Below are positions 31,539 through 43,780 of a stretch of 64,000 bases of DNA, one piece after another; position 1 is the first letter of the stretch, and the number at the start of each line of letters is the position of its first letter. Both the position numbers and the translations under genes were made by a program. The stretch spans positions 288,001 through 352,000 of the forward strand of contig OY969695.1 in NCBI GenBank assembly GCA_963701965.1. Direction: 5' to 3'. This stretch comes from an uncultured Gemmatimonadales bacterium. GTDB taxonomy: Bacteria > Gemmatimonadota > Gemmatimonadetes > Gemmatimonadales > Gemmatimonadaceae. A model generated the notes under the pieces. That model was not told where the DNA came from and did no database searches. It saw only the letters and a program-made list of their open reading frames with translations.

Positions 31539-32695
31539 ATGAAGCTCGACACGCTGCTCGTCCACGCGGGTCGGGATCCCGATCGCTTCGAAGGATTGGT
31601 GAACGCGCCCGTGACGCGGGCGTCGACAATCCTGCATCCCGACATGGCGTCGTTCAACGCCGCCGCGTCGAACAAGCACGGGGTTCCCTACTACGGCCGA
31701 TACGGCACCTCGATCTCGAAGCTGCTCGCCGAGGCGTGCGCCGAGTTGGACGGCGCCGCGGGCGCTGTGCTCTTCCCTCGGGCTTGGCGGCGATCGCCGG
31801 CACCCTCTCGGCTTTGCTCAAGCCCGGCGGCCACCTGCTGGTGGTCGACTCGGTTTACGCGCCGGTGCGCGACCTGTGCGAAAAGGTCCTGGAGCAGCAG
31901 CGCATCGCGGTCACCTTCTACCCGCCCGACGCCGGCGCCGGCATCGCTGCTCAAATCCGGCCCGAGACACAGGCAATCTATTGCGAAGCGCCCGGCTCGC
32001 ACACCTTCGAGATGCAGGACGTGCCGGCGATTGGCCGGGTCGCCGCGGCGCGGGGCATTCCGGTCATCGTCGACAACACGTGGGCGACGCCCTACTACTT
32101 CAAGCCGCTCCAGCACGGCGCCGACATCGCGATCCAGGCGGGGACGAAGTACCTCGTCGGCCATTCCGACGCGATGCTCGGTGTCGCGACCTGCACAGGG
32201 GCGTGGCTGCCGCTGCTGCAGCGCTCGACCGCGCTCCACGGCAACTCGGTGAGCGCCGACGACTGCTACCTCGCTCTGCGCGGCATGCGCACGCTCGCGG
32301 TGCGGCTGCGTCAGCACTACGAGGGCGCGTTGAAAGTCGCGGGCTGGCTGCAGGGCCGGCCGCAGGTCAGGCGGGTGCTCTATCCGCCGCTTGAGCAGGG
32401 GACCGGCCGGGGGCTGTGGGAGCGCGACTTCACCGGCGCGTCGGGGCTGTTCGGCGTCGAACTCGATCCGGCGTGCGAGGCGCACGTCGATGCCTTCGTC
32501 GATGGGCTGCAGCTCTTCGGCATCGGCGTGAGCTGGGGCGGGTACGAGAGCCTCGTGCTACCCAGCCACGTGCGGCGCAGCCTCCCTTCGACGTCTTCGG
32601 GTCCGTTGGTCCGCTTCCACATCGGCCTCGAGGATCCCGACGACCTGATCGCCGACCTCGCAGCAGGTCTCGAGCGGATGCCAGCAGCACGCTGA
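31539..32695 (+). CDS. metC: Cystathionine beta-lyase/cysteine-S-conjugate C-S lyase (PLP), one frameshift near 31,778
   Basis: [74 protein letters not shown]. Confidence 0.85.
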
Positions 32696-32725
32696 CGCGC
32701 GCTCGGTTGGAAAAGCGCGAGGGCG

Positions 32726-33502
32726 TCAGGCCGCCGCGGCCGCCAGGGCCGCGCGAGGCACCGTGCCTTCGAGCGACCGCTCGACGAGGCGCGCCGCGGC
32801 GATCACCTCGTCGGCGAGGCTCTTGATGTTTCCGGGCTTGATGCGCGCCGAAGGCCCGGAGACCCCGATCGCAGCGAGCACGTTGCCCTTGACGCTGCGG
32901 ATCACAGCCGCGACGCCCCACACCGTCTCGCGCCATTCGCCGCGGTTGACCGCATAGCCGTTGGCGCGGATCCGGCCCATCTCGCGCAGGTACTCCTGCG
33001 GATCGATGATCGTGCGCGGCGTGTGCGCGCGCAGGTGCGAAGCCACCGACGCGAGCACGGGCGGGGGCTGCCACGCGAGCATCGCTTTTCCGGTGGCGAC
33101 GCAGAACGCCGGCGCGCGGCCGCCGATCTCCGAATACGCGCGCACCGGCTCGGGGCTGTCGAGCTTGTGGACGTAGACAACCTCCTCGCCGTCGAGCACG
33201 GAGAGGTGCACCGTCTCGCGGGTGCGCGCGAGGAGGCGTCCCATCGCCTCGCTCGCTGCCGCCTTGATGCGGTAGCCCACCTCGACCGCGGCGCCGAGCT
33301 CCCAGAGACGGAGCGACACTTGGTATTGCGCGGTCGATTCGTCCCTCAGCACGTAGCCGAGCTCGACGAGCGCCTGCAGCAGCCGATGCACGTTGCTCTT
33401 GCCCAGTGAGAGCTGCGCCGCGAGGTCGCTCACCCCTTGCGGCTCGCGGCTTCGCGCCAGCACCTCCAGCAGCTGCAGCCCCTTTACCAGCGTGTTATTC
33501 AT
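32726..33502 (-). CDS. IclR-family transcriptional regulator
   Basis: NTLVKGLQLLEVL, HTH KSNVHRLLQAL, TRETVHL, PAFCVATGKAMLA, GYAVNRGE, AIGVSGP. Confidence 0.93.
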   Translation of the reverse strand: MNNTLVKGLQLLEVLARSREPQGVSDLAAQLSLGKSNVHRLLQALVELGYVLRDESTAQYQVSLRLWELGAAVEVGYRIKAAASEAMGRLLARTRETVHLSVLDGEEVVYVHKLDSPEPVRAYSEIGGRAPAFCVATGKAMLAWQPPPVLASVASHLRAHTPRTIIDPQEYLREMGRIRANGYAVNRGEWRETVWGVAAVIRSVKGNVLAAIGVSGPSARIKPGNIKSLADEVIAAARLVERSLEGTVPRAALAAAAA

Positions 33503-33512
33503 CGGGCGTCGT

Positions 33513-33550
33513 CGAGAAGAAGGTGGATCGACCGTTCCATTGTATGGACC
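33513..33550 (-). promoter_or_regulatory. IclR-type operator upstream of the regulator (autoregulation)
   Basis: GTTCCA-TTGTA-TGGACC (33534-50) plus half-site TGGATC (33524-29) 21 bp away. Confidence 0.6.
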
Positions 33551-33554
33551 GCCC

Positions 33555-34198
33555 TCATGCACCAACAGTCCGTAGGCTGCCGTCGGGCAGGCGGAAGCGG
33601 TAGGCGAGCGACGCGGTCGCGGCGGGCTCGAGCACGGCCACGAGGTCGACCACGCCGAGGCGCCGCAGCACGCCGCGCAGCGCCTCGGCCTCGGGATGGC
33701 GCATTTCGATCCCCTCGAGCTTCGGGCCGAGGAACTGCATTGCCTGCGAGGGATGCGGCCCGGGCGACCATTCGATGAAGCCCGGCACGAGCCCGTCGTA
33801 CGGCATCGCGCCCGCCTCGGGCACGGTGAGCCGCCAGGTGCGCTCGCCGCGCGACATGCGCCGCGCTTCGCCGAGCTCGACCGGGCTCGTCGCGACGACG
33901 CGGTCGAGATCATCCGTGCGCACGACCCAGCCGACGCCGCGCGGCGCCGTCGCGATGCGCGCCTGCACGGCAGGATCGTCGAGCCCGAACCAGCGCTTGC
34001 GCGGCACCGGCGGCGCGTCGGGGTCGACCGCGATCAGCTCGAGGAAGCGCGCGTCGCCGACGTTGACCACGCGGTTGTGCGTGCTCATGTCGGGGTGCTT
34101 CCGCCCGGCGGGATGTCGATGCCGAGGGCATCGCGCAGCGCCGCGGCGCCGTCGGCGAGCGACGCCGTGCCGAGGGTGACGTGGTCGAGGGCGATCAT
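33555..34198 (-). CDS. VOC/Glyoxalase_3-family protein (frameshift near 34,100)
   Basis: ALDHVTLG...LADG, GGKHPDMSTHNR, FLELIAVDP, RWFGLD, PGFIEW, HPS. Confidence 0.85.
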
Positions 34199-36519
34199 CG
34201 TTCTTCTCCTGCGAAGTCGGGGCGCGGCACGAATGGCGGCGGCCGGTGCGCGGTGACCGGCGGCAGTGGCCCGTTCCAGCGCTCCACCTCGACCAGCGTG
34301 CTCTGCGCCGCGCAGCCCTGGCCGAGCCGCGAGCTGCCGCGGTCGGGCGTGAGCACGTTGGGGTTGCCGTGCTTGTCGAGCGTCCCGATCTCGCCCGGCA
34401 CGAGCGGGTCGTACCAGGCGCCCGTGGCCAGTTGCACCACCCCCGGGCGGATCGTGTCGCTGACCTGCACGCCGACGAGGATCGCGCCGCGGTCGTTGAA
34501 GACGCGCGCGACGTCGCCGGCGCGGATGCCGCGCGCCGCGGCGTCCGCGCCACTCATCTTCATCGGCTCGCGGCCCTGGATCTTGTCGGCGAGGCTGACG
34601 CTGCCCTGGTCGTACTGGCTGTGCAGCCGGTTCGCGGGCTGCGGCGAGAGCATGTGTAGCGGGAAGCGCTGCGCGCGCTCGCTGCCGAGGAACTCTTGCG
34701 AAGGCTTCCAGACCGGATGGCCCGGGCACTCCGCATAGCCGAGGCTCGCGAGCTTCTCGGAGAAGAGCTCGATCCGGCCCGACGGCGTGGCGAGCGGATG
34801 CTTCACCGGGTCGTCGCGGAACGCGCGCAGCAGGACATTCGGGCGCTGGGGCAGCGGGTACTCGAGGACGCCGCGGGCCCAGAACTCGTCGAACGACGGA
34901 AGCGTCAGGCCCGACTCGGCGGCGCGCGGCAGCGACTCGAGATAGAGCTGGCGCAGCCACGCCATCACGTCGCGGCCTTCCGTGAACGCCTGCTCGACGC
35001 CGAGCTTCGCGGCGATCGCGGCGAAGATCGCGTAGTCGTCCTTCGCCTCGGCGTGCGGCTCGAGCACCCGCTTCATCGCGGTCATGAAGCCGTCGCCCGA
35101 CGAGCTGCCGATGTCGTCGCGCTCGAGCATCACGGTGGCGGGCAGCACGACGTCGGAGAACTTTGCCTGCGCGGTCCAGTACGCCTCGTGGACGACGATC
35201 GTCTCGGGCCGGCGCCATGCGCCGATCAGCCGGTTGATGTCCTGGTGGTGGTGGAAGGCGTTGCCGCCCGCCCAGTAGACGAGGCGGATGTCGGGATAAG
35301 TGAGCGCCGCACCGTTGTAGTCGTAGGCGGCGCCCGGGTTCAGCAGCATGTCGGAGAGGCGCGCGACCGGGATGTAGGTCTCGATCGCGTTGTGGCCCTG
35401 CGGCAGGCGCGGGCCGGAGAAGCCGTTGCGGCCGGCGCCGATGTCGTTAAAGCAAGCGTAGCCGAGGCCGAGACCACCGCCCTCGGTGCCGATGTGGCCG
35501 AGCAGCGCGGCGAGCACGACGAGGGCGAAGAACGGCTGCTCGCCCTGCAGCGACCGCTGCAGCGACCAGGCCATGTTCACCATCGTGCGCTTGGCCGACA
35601 TGCGTCGCGCCAGGGTCCGGATCCGCTCCGCGTCGCAGCCGACGATCGGCGCCGCCCATTCGCAGCTCTTCGGCTGGCCGTCGCCCGTGCCGCGCACGTA
35701 ATCGGCGAAGCGGTCGAAGCCGCTGGTGTGGCTGGCGACGAAGGCGCGGTCGTACAGGTCCTCCTCGATCAGCACGTGGCAGAGCGCGAGGATGAAAGCG
35801 GTGTCGCTGCCCGGCCGGATCGACAGCCATTCGGCCTCGGGTATCTCGGCGAGGTCGTCCTTCACTGGCGAGACGTTGACGAACTCGACGCCGGCCTCGC
35901 GGAGCTTCCCGAGCCAAAACGGGATCGCGTGGTCGTTGGCGCCACCCGAATTCACCTGGGCATTGCGCGTCGGCAGGCCGCCGAAGGCGACGAACAGCTC
36001 GCAGTGCTCGGCGAGCAGCGACCAGCTCGTCTGCGTCGGCCGGAGCGTGTCGAGCTCGGCGATCACGTATGGCAGGACGCGCCGGCCGGCGGCGTTGCTG
36101 TACGTGTCCTTGAAGTAGACGTAACCGCCCGCGGCGTTGAGGAAACGGTGCACCTGGCTCTGCGCATGGTGGAAGCGCCCCGCGCTCGACCAGCCGTACG
36201 AGCCGCCGAAGATTGCTCCGTTGCCGTGCTCGCCGCGCACCCGCTCGATTTCCTTCGCGACGAGCGTGGTCGCCTCATCCCAGCTCACCTCGACGAAGGG
36301 CTCGCTGCCGCGCCGCTCGCGCGACGCCGCGCCCTTCTCGAGAAAGCCCGCGCGCACCGCGGGCCGGCGAACCCGCGTCGGGCCGTGCACCGTGTCGGGC
36401 AGCGAATGGCCGATCGGCGACGGATGGCGGTCCCACGGGACGGGCTTGACGCCGACGAGGCGGCCCTGATCGACGTCGAGGCGGTAGCTGCCCCAGTGGG
36501 TGGTGGTGAGGGGTTCCAT
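34195..36519 (-). CDS. Mo-bisPGD S/N-oxide reductase, BisC-like (copy 2), intact
   Basis: TTHWG, GGSYGWSSAGRFHHAQSQ, TYSNAA (Ser ligand), YWAGGNAFHHHQD, TPSGRIEL, RLHSQ, GNPNVLT. No Tat leader. Confidence 0.92.
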   Translation of the reverse strand: MEPLTTTHWGSYRLDVDQGRLVGVKPVPWDRHPSPIGHSLPDTVHGPTRVRRPAVRAGFLEKGAASRERRGSEPFVEVSWDEATTLVAKEIERVRGEHGNGAIFGGSYGWSSAGRFHHAQSQVHRFLNAAGGYVYFKDTYSNAAGRRVLPYVIAELDTLRPTQTSWSLLAEHCELFVAFGGLPTRNAQVNSGGANDHAIPFWLGKLREAGVEFVNVSPVKDDLAEIPEAEWLSIRPGSDTAFILALCHVLIEEDLYDRAFVASHTSGFDRFADYVRGTGDGQPKSCEWAAPIVGCDAERIRTLARRMSAKRTMVNMAWSLQRSLQGEQPFFALVVLAALLGHIGTEGGGLGLGYACFNDIGAGRNGFSGPRLPQGHNAIETYIPVARLSDMLLNPGAAYDYNGAALTYPDIRLVYWAGGNAFHHHQDINRLIGAWRRPETIVVHEAYWTAQAKFSDVVLPATVMLERDDIGSSSGDGFMTAMKRVLEPHAEAKDDYAIFAAIAAKLGVEQAFTEGRDVMAWLRQLYLESLPRAAESGLTLPSFDEFWARGVLEYPLPQRPNVLLRAFRDDPVKHPLATPSGRIELFSEKLASLGYAECPGHPVWKPSQEFLGSERAQRFPLHMLSPQPANRLHSQYDQGSVSLADKIQGREPMKMSGADAAARGIRAGDVARVFNDRGAILVGVQVSDTIRPGVVQLATGAWYDPLVPGEIGTLDKHGNPNVLTPDRGSSRLGQGCAAQSTLVEVERWNGPLPPVTAHRPPPFVPRPDFAGEER

Positions 36520-36531
36520 GGTGGGGCTCTT

Positions 36532-37605
36532 TCAGGACGCGGGGGCGGCGGCGACGCGGTTCGGCGCCGGCGAGGACGCGGGCGGTGCGGCGCTCACCGG
36601 CGGTGCCCCGCTGCGTTGGGCGACCGTCGTCTCGACGCCCCATGCGGTGCGGATCCGGCCGTCGCCGGCGATCTCGACCCGGTGGCAGGCGACCGATTCG
36701 ACATCGCTCACCGCGCGCAGCTCGGGATAGACGCTCCGGCAAAGGTCGATCGCGTACGGGCAGCGGGTCGAGAAGCGGCAGCCTGGCGGCGGGTCGAGCG
36801 CGCTCGGCACCTCGCCTTCGAGCAGCGTCGCCGGCTTCGCCTCACCGAGAAGCCCGTCCATCGTTGGCGTCGCGTCGCGCAGCGCGGCCACGTACGGATG
36901 CAGCGGCGCGGTCCAGAAGCTGCGATGGCTCGACTGGGCGACGACGCGGCCGAGGTACATCACGGCGATCCTGTGCGCGAGATGGCGACGACGCAGAGGT
37001 CGTGCGAGATGAAGAGGTAGGTGAGGTCGAGCTCGCGCTGGAGCCGCGCAGCAGGTTGACACCTGCGCCTGCACCGAGACGTCGAGCGCCGAGACCGGCT
37101 CGTCGCAGACGATAGCTTGGGGCCGGCGCGAGGGCGCGGGCGATCCCGATCCGCTGCCGCTGCCCGCCCGAGAACTGGTGCGGAAGCCGCTCGAAGGCGC
37201 GGCCCGAGGCCGACCATGCGTGAGCAGCTCGCGACCCGCGCGCGCCGCTCGGCGCGGCCCGACGCCGTGCACGAGCAGCGGCTCGTCGACGATGGGCGCC
37301 GCCGTGAGGCGCGGGTTGAGCGAGCCGAACGGGTCCTGGAAGACCATCTGCATCCGCGGGGCGCAGCGGCCGCACCCGGCGCGCGTGAGCCCGTGAGCGC
37401 TGCCTCGAGCGTGATCGCGGCCGGCGTGGGCTCCGCCGAGGCCCATGACGCGCGCGCCAGCGTCGACTTGCCGCATCCCGACTCGCCGACCAGGGCGACC
37501 GTCTCGCCGGCTCGATGTCGAGCGTCGACCCCGTCGACCGCGCGCAGCACCTTGCCGGCGACCGGGAATTCGACCGCGACGCCGCGGCAAGAGAGCACGA
37601 GCCCC
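36532..37605 (-). CDS. Peptide ABC transporter ATP-binding protein DppF-like (system 3), frameshifted
   Basis: [64 protein letters not shown]. Confidence 0.78.
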   Translation of the reverse strand, partial: GARALLPRRRGRIPGRRQGAARGRRGRRSTSSRRDGRPGRRVGMRQVDAGARVMGLGGAHAGRDHARGSAHGLTRAGCGRCAPRMQMVFQDPFGSLNPRLTAAPIVDEPLLVHGVGPRRAARAGRELLTHGRPRAAPSSGFRTSSRAGSGSGSGSPAPSRRPQAIVCDEPVSALDVSVQAQVSTCCAAPARARPHLPLHLARPLRRRHLAHRIAVMYLGRVVAQSSHRSFWTAPLHPYVAALRDATPTMDGLLGEAKPATLLEGEVPSALDPPPGCRFSTRCPYAIDLCRSVYPELRAVSDVESVACHRVEIAGDGRIRTAWGVETTVAQRSGAPPVSAAPPASSPAPNRVAAAPAS

Positions 37606-38600
37606 TCGTTGCAGCGCTCGTCGTACGGTAGAAGCACGCCGCGGCGCGGGGATCGCCGTTCGATTCGAGCTCGGGCCGTTCCTCGGCGCAGCGCGCCTGG
37701 CGGCGCGGGCAGCGCGCGGCGAAGGCGCAGCCCTTGCCGAGCGGCCGGGCGCGGAGGTGCCGGAATCTCGACCAGGCGCGGAATCTCGCCGCCTCGCCGT
37801 CCATCGGCCGGTCGGGATCGCGGCGAGGAGGCCGACCGTGTACGGATGGCGCGGCGGCGAACACCGCGCGCACCGGGCCTGATTCGACGATGCGGCCGGC
37901 GTACATCACGGCGACGTCCTGCGCCGCCCGGCGGCACGGCGAGGTTGTGCGTGATCAGCACACCGCGGTGCCGTGTCCTGCTGCGCCTTCTTGAGAGCGC
38001 TGCATCACCTGCGCCTGCACCGTGATGTCGAGCGCGGTCGTCGGCTCGTCGGCGATCAGGATGCGCGGCTTCGACGCGAGCGCCATCGCGATCATCACGC
38101 GCTGGCACATGCCGCCCGAGAAGCGGTGCGGGTAATGGTCGATCCGCGTCTCGGGGTCGGGCAGGTGGACGTCTCAGCAGCTCGATCGCTACCTTGCGTG
38201 CCTCGGCCTTGCGCACGCCGCGGTGCGACGCGGATCGCCTCGACGTCTGCGCGCCGCGGTCTGCACCGGGTTGAGCGAGGCGTCGGGCCCTGGAAGATCA
38301 TCGAGATCGCGCCGTTGCGCACTTGGCACATGCGCGATTCGCTCGCCTTCGCCAGGTCTTCGCCCGCGAGGCGGATGCTGCCGTCGCCGAGGCGCACCCC
38401 GGGCTCGGGCAGGATGCGCAGCGCAGCGAGGAGCGCGGTCAGCGACTTGCCGCGAGCCCGATTCGCCCACGAGTCGCGAGCGTGCCGCCGGCGTCGACCC
38501 TGAAGCTCACGTCGTCGACGGAGGCGCACAGGCGTGGGCGCCGGGCAGACCGACTCGACGGACGAGGTGGTCGACCTCGAGCAAGGGGGGGGCGGCGGGC
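37600..38600 (-). CDS. Peptide ABC transporter ATP-binding protein DppD-like (system 3), heavily frameshifted
   Basis: [36 protein letters not shown]. Limits approximate. Confidence 0.7.
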
Positions 38601-39448
38601 GGCGTCTCGACGAGGCGAGGGTTGAGCGCGTCGTTCAGGCCTTCGCTGACGAGAGCTGATCGGCGAGCACCGTGAGCTGGATGGCGAGGAACCGGGAATC
38701 GCGGCGAGGTACCACGCGGTGCGCAGCGACTGGCGGGGCCGAAGCCGATCATCGCGCCCCAGCTCATCGAGTTCGGATCGCCGAGGCCGAGGAAGGACAG
38801 GCCCCGCCTCGATCAGGATCGCCGAGGCGACCATGATCGAGCCGGTGACGATGATCGGCGCGATGCAGTTCGGCAGGATTTGCGTGAAGATGATGCGCGG
38901 CGTGTCATGCCGATGACGACGCACGATTCGACGAAGGCGCGCTTGCGCAAGGTGAGGAACTGGCCGCGCACGAGTCGCGCCACCGGCGGCCACGAGACGA
39001 CGGCGATCGCGGCGCAGATGATCTTCGTCGAGGGCTGGAGCAGGGCGACGAGCACGATCACGAGCAGGAAGTGCGGGATCGTCTGGAACACCTCGGTGAA
39101 GCGCATCAGCAGGTCGTCGATCATGCCGCGGAAGTAGCCCGCGACCGCGCCGACGACGACGCCGATGAAGACTGCCGCGCTCGCGGCGACGATGCCGATC
39201 GTGAGCGAGACGCGCGCGCCGTGTATCAGCCCGGCGAGCACGTCGCGGCCGGCGTTGTCGGAGCCGAGCGGATGCGTCGGGTCGTCGCCGGGCCACTGGA
39301 ACGGCGTGGTCGCCATGGCGAACGGATCCATCGCATACAGGAACGGACCGACGATCGCCAGGACGACGATCGCCGCCAGGACGACAAGCCCGAACAGCGC
39401 GGTCGGGCTCCTCGCGAAGCGCGGCCAGAAGCCGAGCCGAGCGATCAC
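38570..39448 (-). CDS. Peptide ABC transporter permease DppC-like (system 3), frameshifted
   Basis: HPLGSDNAGRD, DDLLMRFTEVFQTIP, SWPPVARLVRG, QILPNC, EGLNDALNPRL. Confidence 0.8.
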
Positions 39449-40365
39449 TTGCCCACCTCGATGCGCGGGTCGAGCACGCTGTAGAGCAGGTCGACGCCGA
39501 GGTTGACGATGACCACGAGCACCGACGACATGAAGAGGATGCCCATCAGGAGGTTGTAGTCGCGCTGGAACAGGGCGTCGAACGCGAGCGTGCCCAGGCC
39601 GGGCCAGCCGAACACGACCTCGACGACGACCGAGCCGCCGAGCACCGCGCCGAGCTGCACGCCGAACAGGCTGACGAGCGGCAGGATCGCGTTGCGCAGC
39701 ACGTGCCGGTACGCGACCTGGCGCTCGCTGAGGCCCTTAGCCTTGGCGGTACGCGCGAAGTCCATGCCGGCGATCTCGAGCATCGAGGCGCGCATCAGCC
39801 GGGTGTAGGTGGAGATGTAGAAGAGAGCGAGCGTGACGGCGGGCATCAGCAGGTGCTTGCCGACGTCGAAGGCGTTGCCGACCGGCCCGAAGTCCTCGCC
39901 GATCGTGCTCATGCCGCTGCTCGGCAAGAGGCCTAGCTTCACCGACATCAGCACCGTGAGCATGAGGCCGAACCAGAACAGCGGCGTCGAGTAGCCGAGT
40001 AGCGCGACGACCGAGATCACCGAGTCGCGCAGCGACCCGGGCCGGCGCGCCGCGGCGACGCCGAGGACGATGCCGCCGACGAGCGCGATCCCGAGCGCGC
40101 TGAACATCAGCAGCAGCGTTGCTGGAAAGCGCGACAGGATGAGCTTCACGACCGATTCGTTGTGGCGGAACGAATGGCCGAGGTCGAGCGTCGCGAGCGC
40201 GCCGAGGTAGCGGCCGAGGCGCACCGGCAGCGGCTTGTCGAGGCTGTATTTCTCGCGAAGCGCGGCGAGGTAGGCCGCATCGGCCGCGCCGGACTCGCCC
40301 GCCATCACGTCGACCATGTCCCCCGGCGCGGCGTTGACGATCAGGAAGTTGGTGCAGGCGATCAG
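39445..40365 (-). CDS. Peptide ABC transporter permease DppB-like (system 3), 5'-truncated at the junction
   Basis: [48 protein letters not shown]. No start codon of its own. Confidence 0.88.
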   Translation of the reverse strand: MIACTNFLIVNAAPGDMVDVMAGESGAADAAYLAALREKYSLDKPLPVRLGRYLGALATLDLGHSFRHNESVVKLILSRFPATLLLMFSALGIALVGGIVLGVAAARRPGSLRDSVISVVALLGYSTPLFWFGLMLTVLMSVKLGLLPSSGMSTIGEDFGPVGNAFDVGKHLLMPAVTLALFYISTYTRLMRASMLEIAGMDFARTAKAKGLSERQVAYRHVLRNAILPLVSLFGVQLGAVLGGSVVVEVVFGWPGLGTLAFDALFQRDYNLLMGILFMSSVLVVIVNLGVDLLYSVLDPRIEVGK

Positions 40366-42638
<2,273 letters not shown>

Positions 42639-42692
42639 GTCGATCTTACCCCCTCAACTGTCGCAACCGCCGCCAGTGGTCGCCGTGTCTCG

Positions 42693-43778
42693 TTATTCCG
42701 GCGACCCGGCTTCGGTGGCGAGTGTCTGCCGCACGTACCGCGCGCGGGCTTGGCTCGCCTCGCTCTCCGTGAGCGCACGACCCTCCATGTGGGCCAGGTG
42801 CGCCAACTGACTGAAAATCAGGAGCTTGTTGAGGGTATATACACTGAGACCCGTGATCAGTTTCAGGCTGACCGCCAGCCTCACCCCACTCAGATAATTC
42901 ATCGCCTCGTCGAACGTGAGGCTTCGGGCATAGCGCAACGTCCCATACGCGCGCCACACCTTGTCTTCAATAATATAACCGGCATCCCGAAGCAAGAGTC
43001 GGCGCGCCTCTTCTTCGCTGGCAATGACTTTCTTCACGACCTCGATGAGCTGCGACAGGAGCTCGTCCTCGGATTTCCCCAACGTCGTCTGGTTCGAGAT
43101 CTGAAAGAAGTTCCCGACGACTTCACTGCCCTCACCGTACAAGCCGCGGTACGTTAGCCCCATCTGCTGGAGGCTGGCGAGGACCTTACTCATCTCTTTG
43201 GTCAGGACCAGACCCGGGAGATGAATCAGGACCGACGCGCGCATCCCGGTGCCGACGTTGGTCGGGCAAGCCGTGAGGAAACCAAACTCCGGATGAAACG
43301 CGAAGGGCACCCGCGACCCGAGCTCCTGATCGAGCTGTTGCACCGCGGCCCATGCCGTCTTGAGCGAAAATCCCGATCGCAGGGACTGCAGGCGCAGATG
43401 ATCCTCTTCATTGATCATGACGCCCACATCGTCGCCGAGATACAGCGCCGCGCCGCTCCGGACCGGGTGCTGCGCGTCGAGGCCCGCCAGCTCTTTGCTG
43501 ACCAAGTGCCGCTCATGGAGCAGCAACCGATCGCTGGACGGCAACTCGTCGACACGGACCAAGACCCCTCCCCGAAGGCTCGGCACCTCGCGCACCGCGT
43601 CCCGAATCTGGGCCAGCACCCGCAGCCGCTCGCCGTCCCGCGCGCGCCCGGTAAACGCGAACCCGTCGACGTTCCGCGCCAAACGAATCCGTGTCGAAAG
43701 CACGACATCCGAGTGCTCGCCGGACGCGTCCAGCCAGCTGACGCCTCCATCGGGCAACAATGACAGGTCCAATGCCAT
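42693..43778 (-). CDS. mcsB: Protein-arginine kinase McsB
   Basis: STRIRLARN, ERHLVS, MINEEDHLR, LTACPTNVGTGMRAS, RGLYGEGSE, QISNQTTLG. Confidence 0.93.
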   Translation of the reverse strand: MALDLSLLPDGGVSWLDASGEHSDVVLSTRIRLARNVDGFAFTGRARDGERLRVLAQIRDAVREVPSLRGGVLVRVDELPSSDRLLLHERHLVSKELAGLDAQHPVRSGAALYLGDDVGVMINEEDHLRLQSLRSGFSLKTAWAAVQQLDQELGSRVPFAFHPEFGFLTACPTNVGTGMRASVLIHLPGLVLTKEMSKVLASLQQMGLTYRGLYGEGSEVVGNFFQISNQTTLGKSEDELLSQLIEVVKKVIASEEEARRLLLRDAGYIIEDKVWRAYGTLRYARSLTFDEAMNYLSGVRLAVSLKLITGLSVYTLNKLLIFSQLAHLAHMEGRALTESEASQARARYVRQTLATEAGSPE

Positions 43779-43780
43779 AA

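Noticed and set aside
9288..40365. Integrase, transposase or phage genes for the island
   Set aside because: None was recognisable in any frame, so mobility is inferred only from the att-like end.
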